A DNA stretch of 32,000 nucleotides from Candidatus Saccharimonadota bacterium (GCA_022843095.1 JALHOH010000001.1:390001-422000), one strand, 5' to 3'. Numbered from the stretch's first letter, positions 9,195-19,232 are shown. A program made the numbers and translations. The notes: generated by a model not told the origin, from the letters alone.

Positions 9195-10445
9195 ATGCTT
9201 CGACGCCGACACGGGATTTGGATGGAGGAATCCACAGGAAAATCGCTTTCCACGCTTGCGGCAAAGCGCCTGCGCGGGCGTTTGCGTACCCTTGCGGAGT
9301 TGGATGGACTCGAAAAAGACGGCTTTCCGTTGGGATGGCGTCGGGTGACCCGGACGAAGGCGGATGAGAAGCGCCTCCGGCGCGTACTCGATGCGACGCA
9401 TGCATATGATACGTTGCTTTTACTTGGGATTGGCGGATCGGATTTAGGGGCACGTGCGGTGTTACAGGCACTTCCGCCCAAAAAGCGAGTGCTATTTGCC
9501 GGAGCGAATACCGATCCAGACGAGCTGGAAGCGTTGTACAGCATGGTGGATTGGAAAAACACCTGCGTGAATATCGTGTCGAAATCAGGTGACACGCTGG
9601 AACCAATGAGTGCATTTTTGGTGGCACGTGAACGGCTAAAAAAGGCGGTAGGCAAAGGCTATGCATCTCGGATTGTGGCGACGACGGACGCGTCGCACGG
9701 AACGTTGGTGCGCTGGGCAGAAGCGGAAGGGTTTTTGCGGTTGGTGGTCCCGTCCGATGTGGGTGGGCGGTTTTCCGTGTTTTCGGATGTTGGGTTGTTT
9801 CCCGCGGCCTGGAGTGGGGTTGATACGCGCGGTCTTTTGCGTGGGGCGGCGATGGCGATGCGCGCGGATTGGCCTGTGCGCTGGGCGGCATTGCATGCAG
9901 AGGCGTATCTCCAAGAAAACCGTTCGGTATGGGTGTGTATGCCGTACGCGGCGCATCTGGCATCGGTTGCCTTTTGGTTTGCGCAATTAATCGGCGAAAG
10001 CCTTGGAAAAACCACAGAGGTCGGACCAAGTCCGCTGCCGGCGCTTGGCGCCACCGATCAGCATTCGCTGGTGCAATTGTTTATGCAGGGGCCGATGGAC
10101 AAGATCCTGACGTTTCTCGAGGTCGACCGTTTTTCCTCGTGTCTTGTCGTGCCACGCGCGCCTTCGGTGGCGGATGCGCTTGCACCGCTTGCTGGGATTC
10201 CTTTTGAGGAGTTAATCCATGCCGAGCGTCGGGCGACGGCGGATGCGCTTTGGGCGGCTGGGCGTCCAAGTGTCACGCTCCACCTTCCGCGTCTGGATGC
10301 GATGGCGGTGGGGGAGCTGTTGCAAGGATTCATGGTTGCGACGGCATATCTGGGGCAATGGTTGGAAGTAAATGCGTATGATCAGCCAGGTGTTGAGGAT
10401 GGAAAACGGCGCTTTAAGGCCTGGCTTGCCGCACGCGCCGGTTGA
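9195..10445 (+). CDS. pgi: Glucose-6-phosphate isomerase (short form)
   Basis: SIS/PGI motifs LLLLGIGGSDLGARAV, VSKSGDTLE, GGRFSVFS, and DQHS in LGATDQHSLVQLFMQGP. The track ORF begins at 8997, inside the divergent kinase gene. I use the ATG at 9195, with 9222 as an alternative. Confidence 0.8.
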   Translation: MLRRRHGIWMEESTGKSLSTLAAKRLRGRLRTLAELDGLEKDGFPLGWRRVTRTKADEKRLRRVLDATHAYDTLLLLGIGGSDLGARAVLQALPPKKRVLFAGANTDPDELEALYSMVDWKNTCVNIVSKSGDTLEPMSAFLVARERLKKAVGKGYASRIVATTDASHGTLVRWAEAEGFLRLVVPSDVGGRFSVFSDVGLFPAAWSGVDTRGLLRGAAMAMRADWPVRWAALHAEAYLQENRSVWVCMPYAAHLASVAFWFAQLIGESLGKTTEVGPSPLPALGATDQHSLVQLFMQGPMDKILTFLEVDRFSSCLVVPRAPSVADALAPLAGIPFEELIHAERRATADALWAAGRPSVTLHLPRLDAMAVGELLQGFMVATAYLGQWLEVNAYDQPGVEDGKRRFKAWLAARAG

Positions 10446-10503
10446 TTGCCGGAAGAGAGCAGAGCTCGTATCATGAAGGGGATTTATTCTTGTTTGATGT
10501 TTT

Positions 10504-10833
10504 ATGAAAGACAGCGCAAAAGTGGGAGCAGGATTGCTCGCGGGTGCCATGCTTGGGATCGCCGCTGGTTTGTTTTTGCAATCAAAAAAGGGGAAGGTCT
10601 TGATCAAAGACGCGTCTAAAAAAGCGCTCGCGTTGCAAAAGCAGGTCATGAAAAAATTGGATGGATTGGAGGATCTGACCAAAGAAAAATACGAAGAAGT
10701 TGTGGAAGATGTGTTGGCGTACTACAAGAAATCCAAGGAACTGGCGGTCAAAGAATTGCCAGAAGCCAAGAAGTATCTGATGAGTCAGTGGAAAAAGGTG
10801 GAAGGGGCGTTGAACGAGGCGAAAGACGCGTAA
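10504..10833 (+). CDS. YtxH domain-containing protein
   Basis: 109 aa. N-terminal Gly/Ala-rich membrane-associating helix (GAGLLAGAMLGIAAGLF) followed by a Lys/Glu-rich helical region, typical of YtxH. Confidence 0.65.
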   Translation: MKDSAKVGAGLLAGAMLGIAAGLFLQSKKGKVLIKDASKKALALQKQVMKKLDGLEDLTKEKYEEVVEDVLAYYKKSKELAVKELPEAKKYLMSQWKKVEGALNEAKDA

Positions 10834-10836
10834 TCC

Positions 10837-11538
10837 ATGAAGGTGCATCGATTCATCGGGGCGTTTGACCTTGGTCGACGCACACAGGTGCTCATTGATG
10901 ACACGTTGGTTCATCAGTTGGTTCACGTCCTCCGTTTGCGCGTCGGTGAGCACATCATCTTGTGTGACGGACGAGGGAATGAGGCAGAGGCGGCGATCAC
11001 GGGGTTGGATCGTCGCTCGGTTGGCGTTTTGCTTGCTGAGCCACGACCGGTTCAGGCAGAGCCTGTGCGCCAGGTGACGCTCGTGGTGGCGATTTTGAAG
11101 CGTGAGAATATGGAATGGGTGGTGCAAAAAGCAACGGAAGTCGGAGTGCATGCCATCCTTCCCGTGATCACCAAGAGAACCATAAAAACAGGGGTAAACA
11201 CTGAACGGTTGCAGGTGATTGCAAAAGAGGCGGCAGAACAATCCGGTCGTGGGCGCGTTCCCGTGATCCAGGAGCCCATGCATTTTCCGGAAGCGTTGTC
11301 CCAAGTGATTGGGTCCTCGGAGACCGTGTGGATGTGTGATGGGTCCGGGGGAGACTTGGCGCCGGGAAAAACAACACACACCGCGATTGCGGTGTGTGTG
11401 GGGCCAGAAGGCGGATGGGATCCTGCGGAGATTGCCTTGGCGCGAAGCCAACGGGCGCAAGTCGTCCGACTGGGAAACACGGTTTTGCGTGGAGAAACGG
11501 CGGCGGTCATCGCCACCTATTTGGCTACCAATACTTGA
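10837..11538 (+). CDS. rsmE: 16S rRNA (uracil1498-N3)-methyltransferase
   Basis: 233 aa. RsmE pattern: MKVHRFI..., HQLVHVLRLRVGEHIILCDGRG, KRENMEWVVQKATEVGV, VCVGPEGGW, LGNTVLRGETA. Starts 3 nt after the ytxH-like stop. Confidence 0.85.
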   Translation: MKVHRFIGAFDLGRRTQVLIDDTLVHQLVHVLRLRVGEHIILCDGRGNEAEAAITGLDRRSVGVLLAEPRPVQAEPVRQVTLVVAILKRENMEWVVQKATEVGVHAILPVITKRTIKTGVNTERLQVIAKEAAEQSGRGRVPVIQEPMHFPEALSQVIGSSETVWMCDGSGGDLAPGKTTHTAIAVCVGPEGGWDPAEIALARSQRAQVVRLGNTVLRGETAAVIATYLATNT

Positions 11539-12517
11539 TCCCGCGCGGGGTGAGATTGGTGCTCATGATGGTGATTTTTTGCTTCCACGGCGTTTCGAAT
11601 CCAACGCGCTGAGTTGCCGGTTCGTAAATCGGTTTCGTGAAATCCGGATAATTCCATCCCGCTTCAGGAGATTCATACTGGCAGGTCACCGTTTTTACGC
11701 CAGAAAAGGGGACATGTGTGCCGTTCACGAGCATCCCGGTTGTGGCCGCGGTGCCTTCTTTTTGACATCCGTCCTTTGGTGCAAGGGTAATTGTGGCCTT
11801 TTTGCCGCCACGTTGAACCTCGATATAGGGCAGGTTGTTCCAGATCGTGGTCATGAACAGCTGGCCAGTGTTCAAGTTGATGTAATCGCGCACTTCTTGG
11901 TGCACCCCTTCCCATTCAAAACCCGTGAGATTAATGAGGAACGCGAAGTGGGTTTTTGTCGCCGGAACAATGCGCGCATCTTGAATGGTTCCCGGACCCG
12001 ACATGTCACGCGTCACGATGAGTTTTGCTGTATTTTCCGGGACATTCACGAGCCACAACTCCTGTTTTTTGACCGCAGGATCGTCGATCGGGCCACGTGC
12101 GGTGGAAAAAAGAGCGCGTTCTCCTTGGAGAATGGGGTACTTGGAGATGATGGTGAGTCCTTTTGGAAGTACACGCTCGGCTTTTGCGAGCAATTTTGCC
12201 TCTGCTTCGTTCCACGTCCGCGCTTCATTCGCTTCCGGAGCCGGAGTTGGGGTTACCGGTGTGGGCGGGGTGGAGCTTGGAGCCGGAGCTGCAGGTTCGA
12301 TAGGTGTATCGGTTGAGACCGGCGCCGGAGGCGGCGTTACCGCTTCCGCGGGTGGTTCAGGAGCAACTGGCGCGGGTGGTTGCGGGATCTGTAGCACGGC
12401 GCCGGGCAGACGCACATTGCGCTCCTCGAGCGCGAGCGAGATTTGATACCCTAGCAGGACGATCAAGACGGCGAGTTCGACGGCGATGACGGCAAGAATG
12501 GCGGCGCGTTTATCCAT
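11525..12517 (-). CDS. Hypothetical membrane-anchored protein with Pro-rich linker
   Basis: Start placed at the ATG at 12517 (MDKRAAILAVIAVELAVLIVLLGY = signal-anchor helix). A ~60-aa Pro/Ala/Thr-rich spacer follows, then a ~230-aa globular domain. The 3' end overlaps convergent rsmE by 14 nt. The opposite-strand ORF 11309-12316 looks like GC-driven noise. Confidence 0.6.
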   Translation of the reverse strand: MDKRAAILAVIAVELAVLIVLLGYQISLALEERNVRLPGAVLQIPQPPAPVAPEPPAEAVTPPPAPVSTDTPIEPAAPAPSSTPPTPVTPTPAPEANEARTWNEAEAKLLAKAERVLPKGLTIISKYPILQGERALFSTARGPIDDPAVKKQELWLVNVPENTAKLIVTRDMSGPGTIQDARIVPATKTHFAFLINLTGFEWEGVHQEVRDYINLNTGQLFMTTIWNNLPYIEVQRGGKKATITLAPKDGCQKEGTAATTGMLVNGTHVPFSGVKTVTCQYESPEAGWNYPDFTKPIYEPATQRVGFETPWKQKITIMSTNLTPRGIKYW

Positions 12518-12573
12518 ACGGGTAAAGGTTTCCCGGTTCTTAGCGCGGGCGCAGGCGATCCGCAAGAGAGATC

Positions 12574-12607
12574 AAAAAACACCCTGCCACAAGGACAAGG
12601 TGTTTTT
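12574..12607 (-). terminator. Rho-independent terminator downstream of clpB
   Basis: Hairpin acaccctg / caaggtgt (one mismatch) flanked by an A-run and a T-run. Read on the - strand, the stem is followed by TTTTTT. Confidence 0.5.
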
Positions 12608-12609
12608 TC

Positions 12610-15255
12610 TTACGCGACGCGAATGTCGATTTGGTCTTTTTTCACGTCCACGGTCACCGAAGCTTCTTCGGGAATCGTTCCTTCCACCATCCGAAGGGCG
12701 AGCGGATCCAGGATCCATGTTTGAATCGCGCGCTTGAGTGGGCGAGCGCCAAAACTTGGATCGTACCCTTTTTCCGCGATGAAGGCCTTTGCTTTTTCGG
12801 TGAAGGTGATGGCGATGCGTTTTTCTGCCAACCGCGCTTTGACCGACGCGAGTTGGAGATCCACGATTTGGCCAAGATGTGCTTTGTCCAGCGCCTGGAA
12901 CATCACAATCTCGTCGACACGGTTCAAGAATTCCGGACGGAAGTGATCCCGCAACCGTTCCATGACGCGTCCACGCATCGTCCCGGCGGTCAGATCATCT
13001 TCCTGTTCATCCTCGGATTTAAACCCAATGTCCCCGCGCTTGGTGCCAAAATCCAGGATCATGTCCGACCCGATGTTCGAGGTCATGATGACCACGGTAT
13101 TTTTGAAGTTCACGGTTCGACCTTTTCCATCTGTCAGACGTCCATCATCCAAGACCTGGAGGAGTACGTTGAAGATATCCGGGTGCGCTTTTTCTACTTC
13201 GTCCAGCAAGATCACGGAGTAGGGTTTGCGACGGATTTTTTCGGTCAGTTGTCCGCCTTCGTCATGGCCGATGTATCCCGGTGGCGAGCCGATCATGCGA
13301 GAAAGGGCATGTTTTTCCATGTATTCCGACATGTCCACGCGCACCATCGCGTCTTCATCGTCAAACAAGATGGCGGCAAGCGAGCGGGCGAGCTCGGTTT
13401 TGCCGACCCCGGTCGGACCAAGGAAGAGGAAGCTTCCAATGGGACGCTTTTCCTCGGAAAGACCCGCGCGCGAGCGGCGAAGCGCGTTGGCGACGGCAGT
13501 GACCGCCTCATGTTGACCGATGACGCGGGTGTGCAGCGCTTCTTCCAATCGCGCGAGTTTCGCGGCCTCGGATTCCAACATGCGTTGGACGGGGATGCCG
13601 GTCCAGCGTGCGACGATCGCCGCAACATCTTCTTCGGTGACCGCATCCTTCAAGAGTCCGCGCTGACCCTGAAGATTCTTCAGCTTTTGTTCCAAGGATT
13701 TGCGTTCCGTTTCCAATTTTGGCATGCGGCCATACCGAATTTCGGAAACCTGTTCCAAATCGCCACGGCGTTCGGCGTTTTCCGCCTCCGTTTTTAGGTT
13801 CTCCCAAGTTTTCTTTGCCGTCTGAATCTCGGAGATCACCTCTTTTTCGGCCTTCCAGGTCAGTTCCAGTTGTGACGCTTTTTCTTGGACTTCAGCCAAG
13901 TGCTTTTCCAGTTCCTGCAACCGTTCTTTGGATTCCTTGTCCTCTTCCTTCAGGAGCGCGCGCTTTTCGATGTCGAGCTTCACCAACTCGCGCTTGAGTT
14001 TATCCAGTTCTTCTGGGAGCGAGTCGATCTGCATGCGAAGCGCGGCCGCTGCTTCGTCGATCAGGTCCACGGCCTTGTCCGGCAAAAAGCGATCGGTGAT
14101 GTAGCGCGTCGAGAGATGGACGGCGGACACGATAGCGTTGTCCGTGATGCGAACCCCGTTGTGAACCTCGTACTTGTCTTTGATCCCGCGCAGAATCGCG
14201 ATCGTGTCATCTTCTGTCGGTTCATTCACGAGCACGGGCTGAAACCGGCGAGCGAGCGCCGCATCCTTTTCGATATATTTTTGGTATTCCTGAAGCGTCG
14301 TCGCGCCAATTGTGCGCAATTCTCCGCGCGCAAGCGCCGGTTTTAACATGTTGGAGGCATCCAGCGAACCGCCTTCTCCCGAGGCTCCTGCGCCGACAAG
14401 CGTATGCAATTCATCGATGAACAGAATGACTTTGCCAGCGGATTTTTCAACCTCCTTTAATACCGCTTTCAACCGTTCTTCAAATTCCCCGCGGAATTTT
14501 GTCCCCGCGATGAGGGCGCCAATATCCAACGCAAGCAATTCCTTTTCTTTGAGTGATTCTGGTACATCCCCGGCGACAATGCGTTGCGCCAGCCCTTCCG
14601 CGATGGCGGTTTTTCCGGTTCCGGCTTCGCCGATCAGCACCGGATTGTTTTTGGTGCGGCGGAGCAAAATCTGCATGACGCGGCGAATTTCATCATCGCG
14701 ACCAATCACCGGATCCAGTTTGCCGTTCTTTGCCTGCTGCGTCAGATTCCGTGCGTATTTTTCTAACGCCTGGTATGCACCTTCCGGTTCCGGGGAATCG
14801 ACCTTCACATGGCCGCGTACGTCTTTCAGCGCTTTCAAAATCGGTTCAATAGCGACGCCAGAACGCGCCATGAGTTCACCGATCTCATCATGCCGATCCG
14901 CGAGCGCCAAAAGAAGATGTTCCGTAGAAATGTAGGAATCCTTAAACTGCTTGGAAACCTGTTCGGCGCCACGCAAAACCTGGGTAAATTCAGGGGACAG
15001 GTACATTTGCTGCAACCCACCCGAAGACGAGGTGACCTTTGGAAGTGCGGCAAGGACATCCTCCGCGTCGCCGCGCAAGGCGTTCACATCCACAGACATT
15101 TTTTTCAGGACGGCCGGAACCACCCCCTCATCCTGCTCAAGTAACGCCAAAAACAGGTGGATGGGTTCCAATTGCTGCTGCCCATTTGTTTGGGCGATCT
15201 GGTGCGCGATCTGAAGCGCTTCTTGCGATTTATGCGTAAAATTTTGTGGAAGCAT
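12610..15255 (-). CDS. clpB: ATP-dependent chaperone ClpB
   Basis: 881 aa. N-terminal Clp repeat domain, two AAA+ modules (Walker A GEAGTGKT and GPTGVGKT; Walker B FIDELH and LLDEVEKAH), and a long coiled-coil middle domain characteristic of ClpB. Confidence 0.95.
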   Translation of the reverse strand: MLPQNFTHKSQEALQIAHQIAQTNGQQQLEPIHLFLALLEQDEGVVPAVLKKMSVDVNALRGDAEDVLAALPKVTSSSGGLQQMYLSPEFTQVLRGAEQVSKQFKDSYISTEHLLLALADRHDEIGELMARSGVAIEPILKALKDVRGHVKVDSPEPEGAYQALEKYARNLTQQAKNGKLDPVIGRDDEIRRVMQILLRRTKNNPVLIGEAGTGKTAIAEGLAQRIVAGDVPESLKEKELLALDIGALIAGTKFRGEFEERLKAVLKEVEKSAGKVILFIDELHTLVGAGASGEGGSLDASNMLKPALARGELRTIGATTLQEYQKYIEKDAALARRFQPVLVNEPTEDDTIAILRGIKDKYEVHNGVRITDNAIVSAVHLSTRYITDRFLPDKAVDLIDEAAAALRMQIDSLPEELDKLKRELVKLDIEKRALLKEEDKESKERLQELEKHLAEVQEKASQLELTWKAEKEVISEIQTAKKTWENLKTEAENAERRGDLEQVSEIRYGRMPKLETERKSLEQKLKNLQGQRGLLKDAVTEEDVAAIVARWTGIPVQRMLESEAAKLARLEEALHTRVIGQHEAVTAVANALRRSRAGLSEEKRPIGSFLFLGPTGVGKTELARSLAAILFDDEDAMVRVDMSEYMEKHALSRMIGSPPGYIGHDEGGQLTEKIRRKPYSVILLDEVEKAHPDIFNVLLQVLDDGRLTDGKGRTVNFKNTVVIMTSNIGSDMILDFGTKRGDIGFKSEDEQEDDLTAGTMRGRVMERLRDHFRPEFLNRVDEIVMFQALDKAHLGQIVDLQLASVKARLAEKRIAITFTEKAKAFIAEKGYDPSFGARPLKRAIQTWILDPLALRMVEGTIPEEASVTVDVKKDQIDIRVA

Positions 15256-15273
15256 AGGTGGCAGAAGAGAGGT

Positions 15274-15300
15274 TTAGCACTCGACACCTGTGACTGCTAA
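15274..15300 (-). promoter_or_regulatory. CIRCE-like inverted repeat (putative HrcA operator) upstream of clpB
   Basis: TTAGCACTC-N9-GACTGCTAA versus consensus TTAGCACTC-N9-GAGTGCTAA (17/18 matches). It ends 18 nt upstream of the clpB ATG. A possible extended -10 (TGgTATGGT, complement of 15305-15313) sits just upstream. Confidence 0.6.
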
Positions 15301-15310
15301 TCCCACCATA

Positions 15311-15341
15311 CCAAACACAAACGCCCCGGTCAACGGGGCGT
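15311..15341 (-). terminator. Probable rho-independent terminator of the upstream lipoprotein gene
   Basis: 8-bp stem acgccccg / cggggcgt (15321-15341) with a 5-nt loop. On the - strand it is followed by the T-rich TTGTGTTTGG. Confidence 0.45.
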
Positions 15342-15360
15342 CATTCTGTGAAAAACGTCT

Positions 15361-16038
15361 TTATTTTGGAGGGTTGAATGGAACGTCTTTGCCGAGATCC
15401 CGAATACGGAGTTCGATTTTGCGCGATAAGCTCGTTCCGGAAAGGAAGGTTGGGAGTCCGTCTTTGATGCAGATTTGCGACGTGTCACGACCGTCGTTGG
15501 ATTCACGCTCCAACACGTACATGCGACACCCGCGATCGTCGCGAACTTCCACGAATTGCGTCCCTTCCGCTAACAACCCCGTATTTTTTCCCAGATACTC
15601 TCGTTGTGCCTTGGTGAATCCGATGGCTTCGACGGTTTCGGGGGTGCTGGTCACTTTTGCCCAGGAAGAGGTGGCGACTTTGAACCAAAGCGTGTCCGGA
15701 AGCTCGTAAAACTCCGTGGAGATCTGTCCCGGAAACAACAGTTTGCCATGTGCGCCTTTTCCTTTGACGTACGCGGTGTCTCCGGTCATAACGCCTGCCG
15801 GGGTTTCGGCGACCAGGGTCACACGATACGAGGGCTGTTCCTCGAGTTTTGTAAGCGCTGCGCGAATGACGGCTGCAACGTCTTCTTTTGGCGCAGAGGA
15901 GTTGGTGGATGGGGGGAGGACCGTTGGCGCCGGATTCAGCGCCTGTGTTGGGCGTGGTGGGAGCGTCGGGTCGGGTTTGCATCCAAAACCAACCACGGCA
16001 AGGAGGCTGAGCGCGAGGAGAAAACGAGAGCGAAGCAT
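15361..16038 (-). CDS. Putative lipoprotein, function unknown
   Basis: Start placed at the ATG at 16038, giving MLRSRFLLALSLLAVVGFGC (signal peptide plus lipobox-like GFGC). Followed by a Pro-rich linker and a ~170-aa globular domain. Confidence 0.6.
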   Translation of the reverse strand: MLRSRFLLALSLLAVVGFGCKPDPTLPPRPTQALNPAPTVLPPSTNSSAPKEDVAAVIRAALTKLEEQPSYRVTLVAETPAGVMTGDTAYVKGKGAHGKLLFPGQISTEFYELPDTLWFKVATSSWAKVTSTPETVEAIGFTKAQREYLGKNTGLLAEGTQFVEVRDDRGCRMYVLERESNDGRDTSQICIKDGLPTFLSGTSLSRKIELRIRDLGKDVPFNPPK

Positions 16039-16076
16039 AGGCGAACGAATGAGCGAGTCCGGGGAGTCGAAGGGGA

Positions 16077-16868
16077 TTACGGACGAACGGCGGCCACGAC
16101 GTTTCCGCATTGCGTCGTATCATCTAATGCAAGTGCGCAGATGCGGTAGTAGGTGGTTTTGCCTTTTTCCGCATTGCGATCGCTCCAGAAGGTCGAACCG
16201 ATGTCGCTGTAAAAAATGCTTACCTGCGTTTTTGGATAATACGGGGAAGAATCCGTTGTGCTTTTCACGATGGCGTATCCCTTGAATTTGTTGCCCAGAA
16301 GGGAACGTGTCCAGCGAAGGTCAATGCCGTATTGCGTGGGCGCGTAGCTCCCCTGGAGGTTATCCGAAACAAAGGTGACCGTTGGAGGTTTTGGTGCCGT
16401 TGGTGTTGGAGTGGGTGTTGTGGTCACGGGTTTTGGTTTTGCGGTTGGCGCGGGTTTTGGCGCTGTGGTACCTGTTGTTGCCGGCTTCGGTTCCGGTTCG
16501 GCTCCGATGATGTTGATTTCCGCGCTGGCGCTCGTCCCGTTTTTTGTTGCTTCTACGCGGACAAAATTATCACCTAAATGAATGGCAAGCGGCATGTTCC
16601 AGGCGCCGTTTTCGATGCGTGCCTGTTTGCCGTTCACCTTCACGACGTCTGCGTCCGTGGTACCTGTGACGGTGACCGTGGTTTCGGTGATCCGCGCCCC
16701 ATTTGCCGGATGCGTAATCGCAAGCACCGGCGCAGACGTAGGCGGCGTTGGCGTTTCGATTGCTTGTGGCGTTGGCTCAGGAGTCGGGGTTGGAGCGCTA
16801 CTTCCGCACCCGGCTCCAAGTAGGATGAGTCCAACCGCGGCGAACACAACAGGAACGCGAGAGTGCAT
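16077..16868 (-). CDS. Putative lipoprotein with Ig-like domain, Pro/Thr-rich linker and C-terminal beta-rich domain
   Basis: MHSRVPVVFAAVGLILLGAGC is a signal peptide with a lipobox. TVTVTGTTDADVVKVNG... resembles a bacterial Ig-like domain. The linker is a long (P/T/A/K)n stretch. Confidence 0.65.
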   Translation of the reverse strand: MHSRVPVVFAAVGLILLGAGCGSSAPTPTPEPTPQAIETPTPPTSAPVLAITHPANGARITETTVTVTGTTDADVVKVNGKQARIENGAWNMPLAIHLGDNFVRVEATKNGTSASAEINIIGAEPEPKPATTGTTAPKPAPTAKPKPVTTTPTPTPTAPKPPTVTFVSDNLQGSYAPTQYGIDLRWTRSLLGNKFKGYAIVKSTTDSSPYYPKTQVSIFYSDIGSTFWSDRNAEKGKTTYYRICALALDDTTQCGNVVAAVRP

Positions 16869-16915
16869 ATGTCAAAACCATAGCAAAAAAGGGACGTTTC
16901 CGCTAGCATGCGATC

Positions 16916-17590
16916 ATGAACGGCACGCTCTACATCGTCGCGACCCCGATTGGCAACCTGGAGGACATGACGCTCCGGGCGGTTCGGATGCTAAAAGAGG
17001 CGGACGCGATTGCGTGTGAAGATACGCGTGTGACGGCAAAATTGCTTGCGCGGTACGCGATCGCGAAGCCATTGCTTGCGTTGCATGAACACAGCAACAG
17101 GGGGCAGATGGAACGCGTGATACAGACGCTTCAGGAGGGGAAAACGGTGGCGTATGTCTCCGATGCGGGGACCCCCGGCGTGAATGATCCTGGCGGGAAA
17201 TTGGTTCAAGTGGCGGTGGAAAAGGGGATTCCCGTGGTGCCGATTCCAGGGGCATCGGCAGTCACGGCGGCGATCTCCGTGTGTGGATTTGCCATGGATG
17301 AGTTTCACTACGCCGGTTTTATCCCCCATAAAAAAGGGCGCAAGACGTTGTTCACGGAGATCGCCGCGCGCGAAGTCCCCACCATCTTTTTTGAGAGCAC
17401 GCATCGAATCCTAAAGACACTGGAGGAATTGCGCGGGGCGCTTGCATCTGATCGACGGATCTTTGTGGGACGTGAGCTTACCAAGCAGTTTGAGACGTTG
17501 TATCGCGGCACCGTTGACGAGGTCCGTGTCGCCCTCCAGGATACGAGCATCAAAGGAGAATTTGTGGTGATTGTTGGCCCAACTGTATGA
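16916..17590 (+). CDS. rsmI: 16S rRNA (cytidine1402-2'-O)-methyltransferase
   Basis: 224 aa. GTLYIVATPIGNLEDMTLRA, IACEDTR, VSDAGTPGVNDPG and ESTHR are RsmI/tetrapyrrole-methylase-fold hallmarks. Confidence 0.9.
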   Translation: MNGTLYIVATPIGNLEDMTLRAVRMLKEADAIACEDTRVTAKLLARYAIAKPLLALHEHSNRGQMERVIQTLQEGKTVAYVSDAGTPGVNDPGGKLVQVAVEKGIPVVPIPGASAVTAAISVCGFAMDEFHYAGFIPHKKGRKTLFTEIAAREVPTIFFESTHRILKTLEELRGALASDRRIFVGRELTKQFETLYRGTVDEVRVALQDTSIKGEFVVIVGPTV

Positions 17591-19179
17591 AATTTACCCT
17601 CACAACCCCCATCTATTACGTAAACGACAAGCCGCACATCGGTCATGCCTACACGACGATTGCGGCAGATGCGCTTGCGCGGTTTCATCGGTTGCGCGGC
17701 GATGACGTCTTTTTTTTGACGGGCACGGACGAAAATAGCCAAAAAAATGTCCAAGCCATGGAAAAAGCGGGGGAATCCGATTTGGTGGCGTATTTGGATC
17801 GGATGGCAAATACCTGGAAATCGACCTGGGCGGAACTGGGTATCTCGATCGATGATTTTATCCGAACCACGGAGCCGCGCCATCTTGCTGGGGTCGAGCG
17901 ATTTTGGCGTGCCGTTGAAGCGAGTGGTGATTTGGAAAAGCGGACGTATACGGGGTTGTATTGCACGGGGTGCGAAGGATTCAAGGTGGAATCGGATTTG
18001 GTGCAGGGGAAGTGTCCGTTGCATCCAAATAAAGAATTGGATCAGGTGGCGGAAGAAAATTGGTTTTTTGCGCTGTCGAAGTATCGTGATGATTTGCTCG
18101 CGTATGTTGACGCACATCCGGAGTTTATCCAGCCGGAAGCACGTCGGAACGAAATTCGAAGCTACATCGCGCAGTTCATGACGGATGTGTCCGTGAGTCG
18201 CGAGGTGAAGAAGGTGTCCGTTGGCATTCCGGTCCCTGGAGATGATTCACAGCGGATTTATGTGTGGTTTGATGCGCTGTTGAACTATATGACGGCGGTT
18301 GGATACGGAACGGATGAGGCGCGTTTCGCGCGTTACTGGCCGGCGGATTTACACCTGGTTGGGAAAGACATCATCAAATTTCACTGCGCCTTGTGGCCCG
18401 CGATGATCATGAGCGCCGCCAAGCACGATCCGATGCTTCGGAATGCGGATGGATCGCCCAAATTGCCCAAGATGGTGTTTGCGCATGGCTTTTTTACGTT
18501 GGCAGGTCAAAAAATCTCCAAGTCGCTTGGGAATGCCGTGGATCCGCGTGAGCTTGCGCCTGGGATTGGGTTTGATGCGGTTCGTTACTTCTTGCTCCGC
18601 GAAATTGCATTCGGTGAAGACGGAGATTTTTCGAAGGAACGGTTGATGGAGCGATACGGCGCGGATTTGGCGAACACGCTTGGCAACTTGGTGAATCGTG
18701 TGGTGGCGATGAGCCGTAAGTATTGCGACGGCGTGCCCAAGGTGGATGGGGCGGCGCCATTGCCGATCGAGACATCCTGGCATGCGGCAGAAGACCTTCC
18801 GGAATTGAAGACGGAAGTGGATGCGGGGTTTGAGCACGCGCGTCCGGATCAGGCGCTTGAAGCGATCTGGAAGAGCCTGTTTCAGGCAAATAAGTTTATC
18901 GAGGAAACGCAGCCCTTCAAGCTCGTCAAAGAACAGCCCGAGGCCACCGCACAGGTGTTGTACGCCGTACTTGAAGCCATTCGTTGGTACGCGTGGATGG
19001 TGACGCCGGTCATGCCTGAAACGGCGCGGAAGATCTTTGCGCAACTTGGACTGGATGCGGATGCGGAATACGCGAAGGGGTGGGATGCGGGGCTCAAATG
19101 GGGCGGATTACCGCCAGGCGCTCCGTTGCCAGAACCAAAGCCTTTGTTCCCGCGAGTCGAGTCCACGGATGCGGTTTAG
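17587..19179 (+). CDS. metG: Methionine--tRNA ligase (short form, no C-terminal tRNA-binding domain)
   Basis: 530 aa. The HIGH motif is present as HIGHAYT and KMSKS as KISKS. Typical MetRS anticodon-binding helices. The start overlaps the rsmI stop (ATGA). Confidence 0.95.
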   Translation: MKFTLTTPIYYVNDKPHIGHAYTTIAADALARFHRLRGDDVFFLTGTDENSQKNVQAMEKAGESDLVAYLDRMANTWKSTWAELGISIDDFIRTTEPRHLAGVERFWRAVEASGDLEKRTYTGLYCTGCEGFKVESDLVQGKCPLHPNKELDQVAEENWFFALSKYRDDLLAYVDAHPEFIQPEARRNEIRSYIAQFMTDVSVSREVKKVSVGIPVPGDDSQRIYVWFDALLNYMTAVGYGTDEARFARYWPADLHLVGKDIIKFHCALWPAMIMSAAKHDPMLRNADGSPKLPKMVFAHGFFTLAGQKISKSLGNAVDPRELAPGIGFDAVRYFLLREIAFGEDGDFSKERLMERYGADLANTLGNLVNRVVAMSRKYCDGVPKVDGAAPLPIETSWHAAEDLPELKTEVDAGFEHARPDQALEAIWKSLFQANKFIEETQPFKLVKEQPEATAQVLYAVLEAIRWYAWMVTPVMPETARKIFAQLGLDADAEYAKGWDAGLKWGGLPPGAPLPEPKPLFPRVESTDAV

Positions 19180-19204
19180 GTCGCGACATCGTCAAAACAG
19201 ATGC

Positions 19205-19232
19205 AAGAATACCCTTCATAGGGTATTCTTTT
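19205..19232 (+). terminator. Hairpin after metG (possible terminator or attenuator)
   Basis: 10-bp perfect stem aagaataccc / gggtattctt with a 6-nt loop, running into TTTT. It lies only 8 nt before the cvpA ATG, so it may be partial read-through or a processing signal rather than a full stop. Confidence 0.4.

Noticed and set aside
12631-13797. Long antisense ORFs opposite well-identified genes: 12631-13797 and 14312-14935 opposite clpB; 17308-18117 and 18349-19044 opposite metG; 10582-11460 opposite ytxH/rsmE; 11309-12316; 9193-10029 opposite pgi; 23263-23847 and 24202-24942 opposite the SNF2 gene; 25546-26115 opposite ppa.
   Set aside because: Their translations are low-complexity and Arg/Gly/Pro/His-rich with no motifs, and each lies fully within a gene carrying unmistakable family signatures on the other strand. 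This is the typical GC-driven absence of stop codons.
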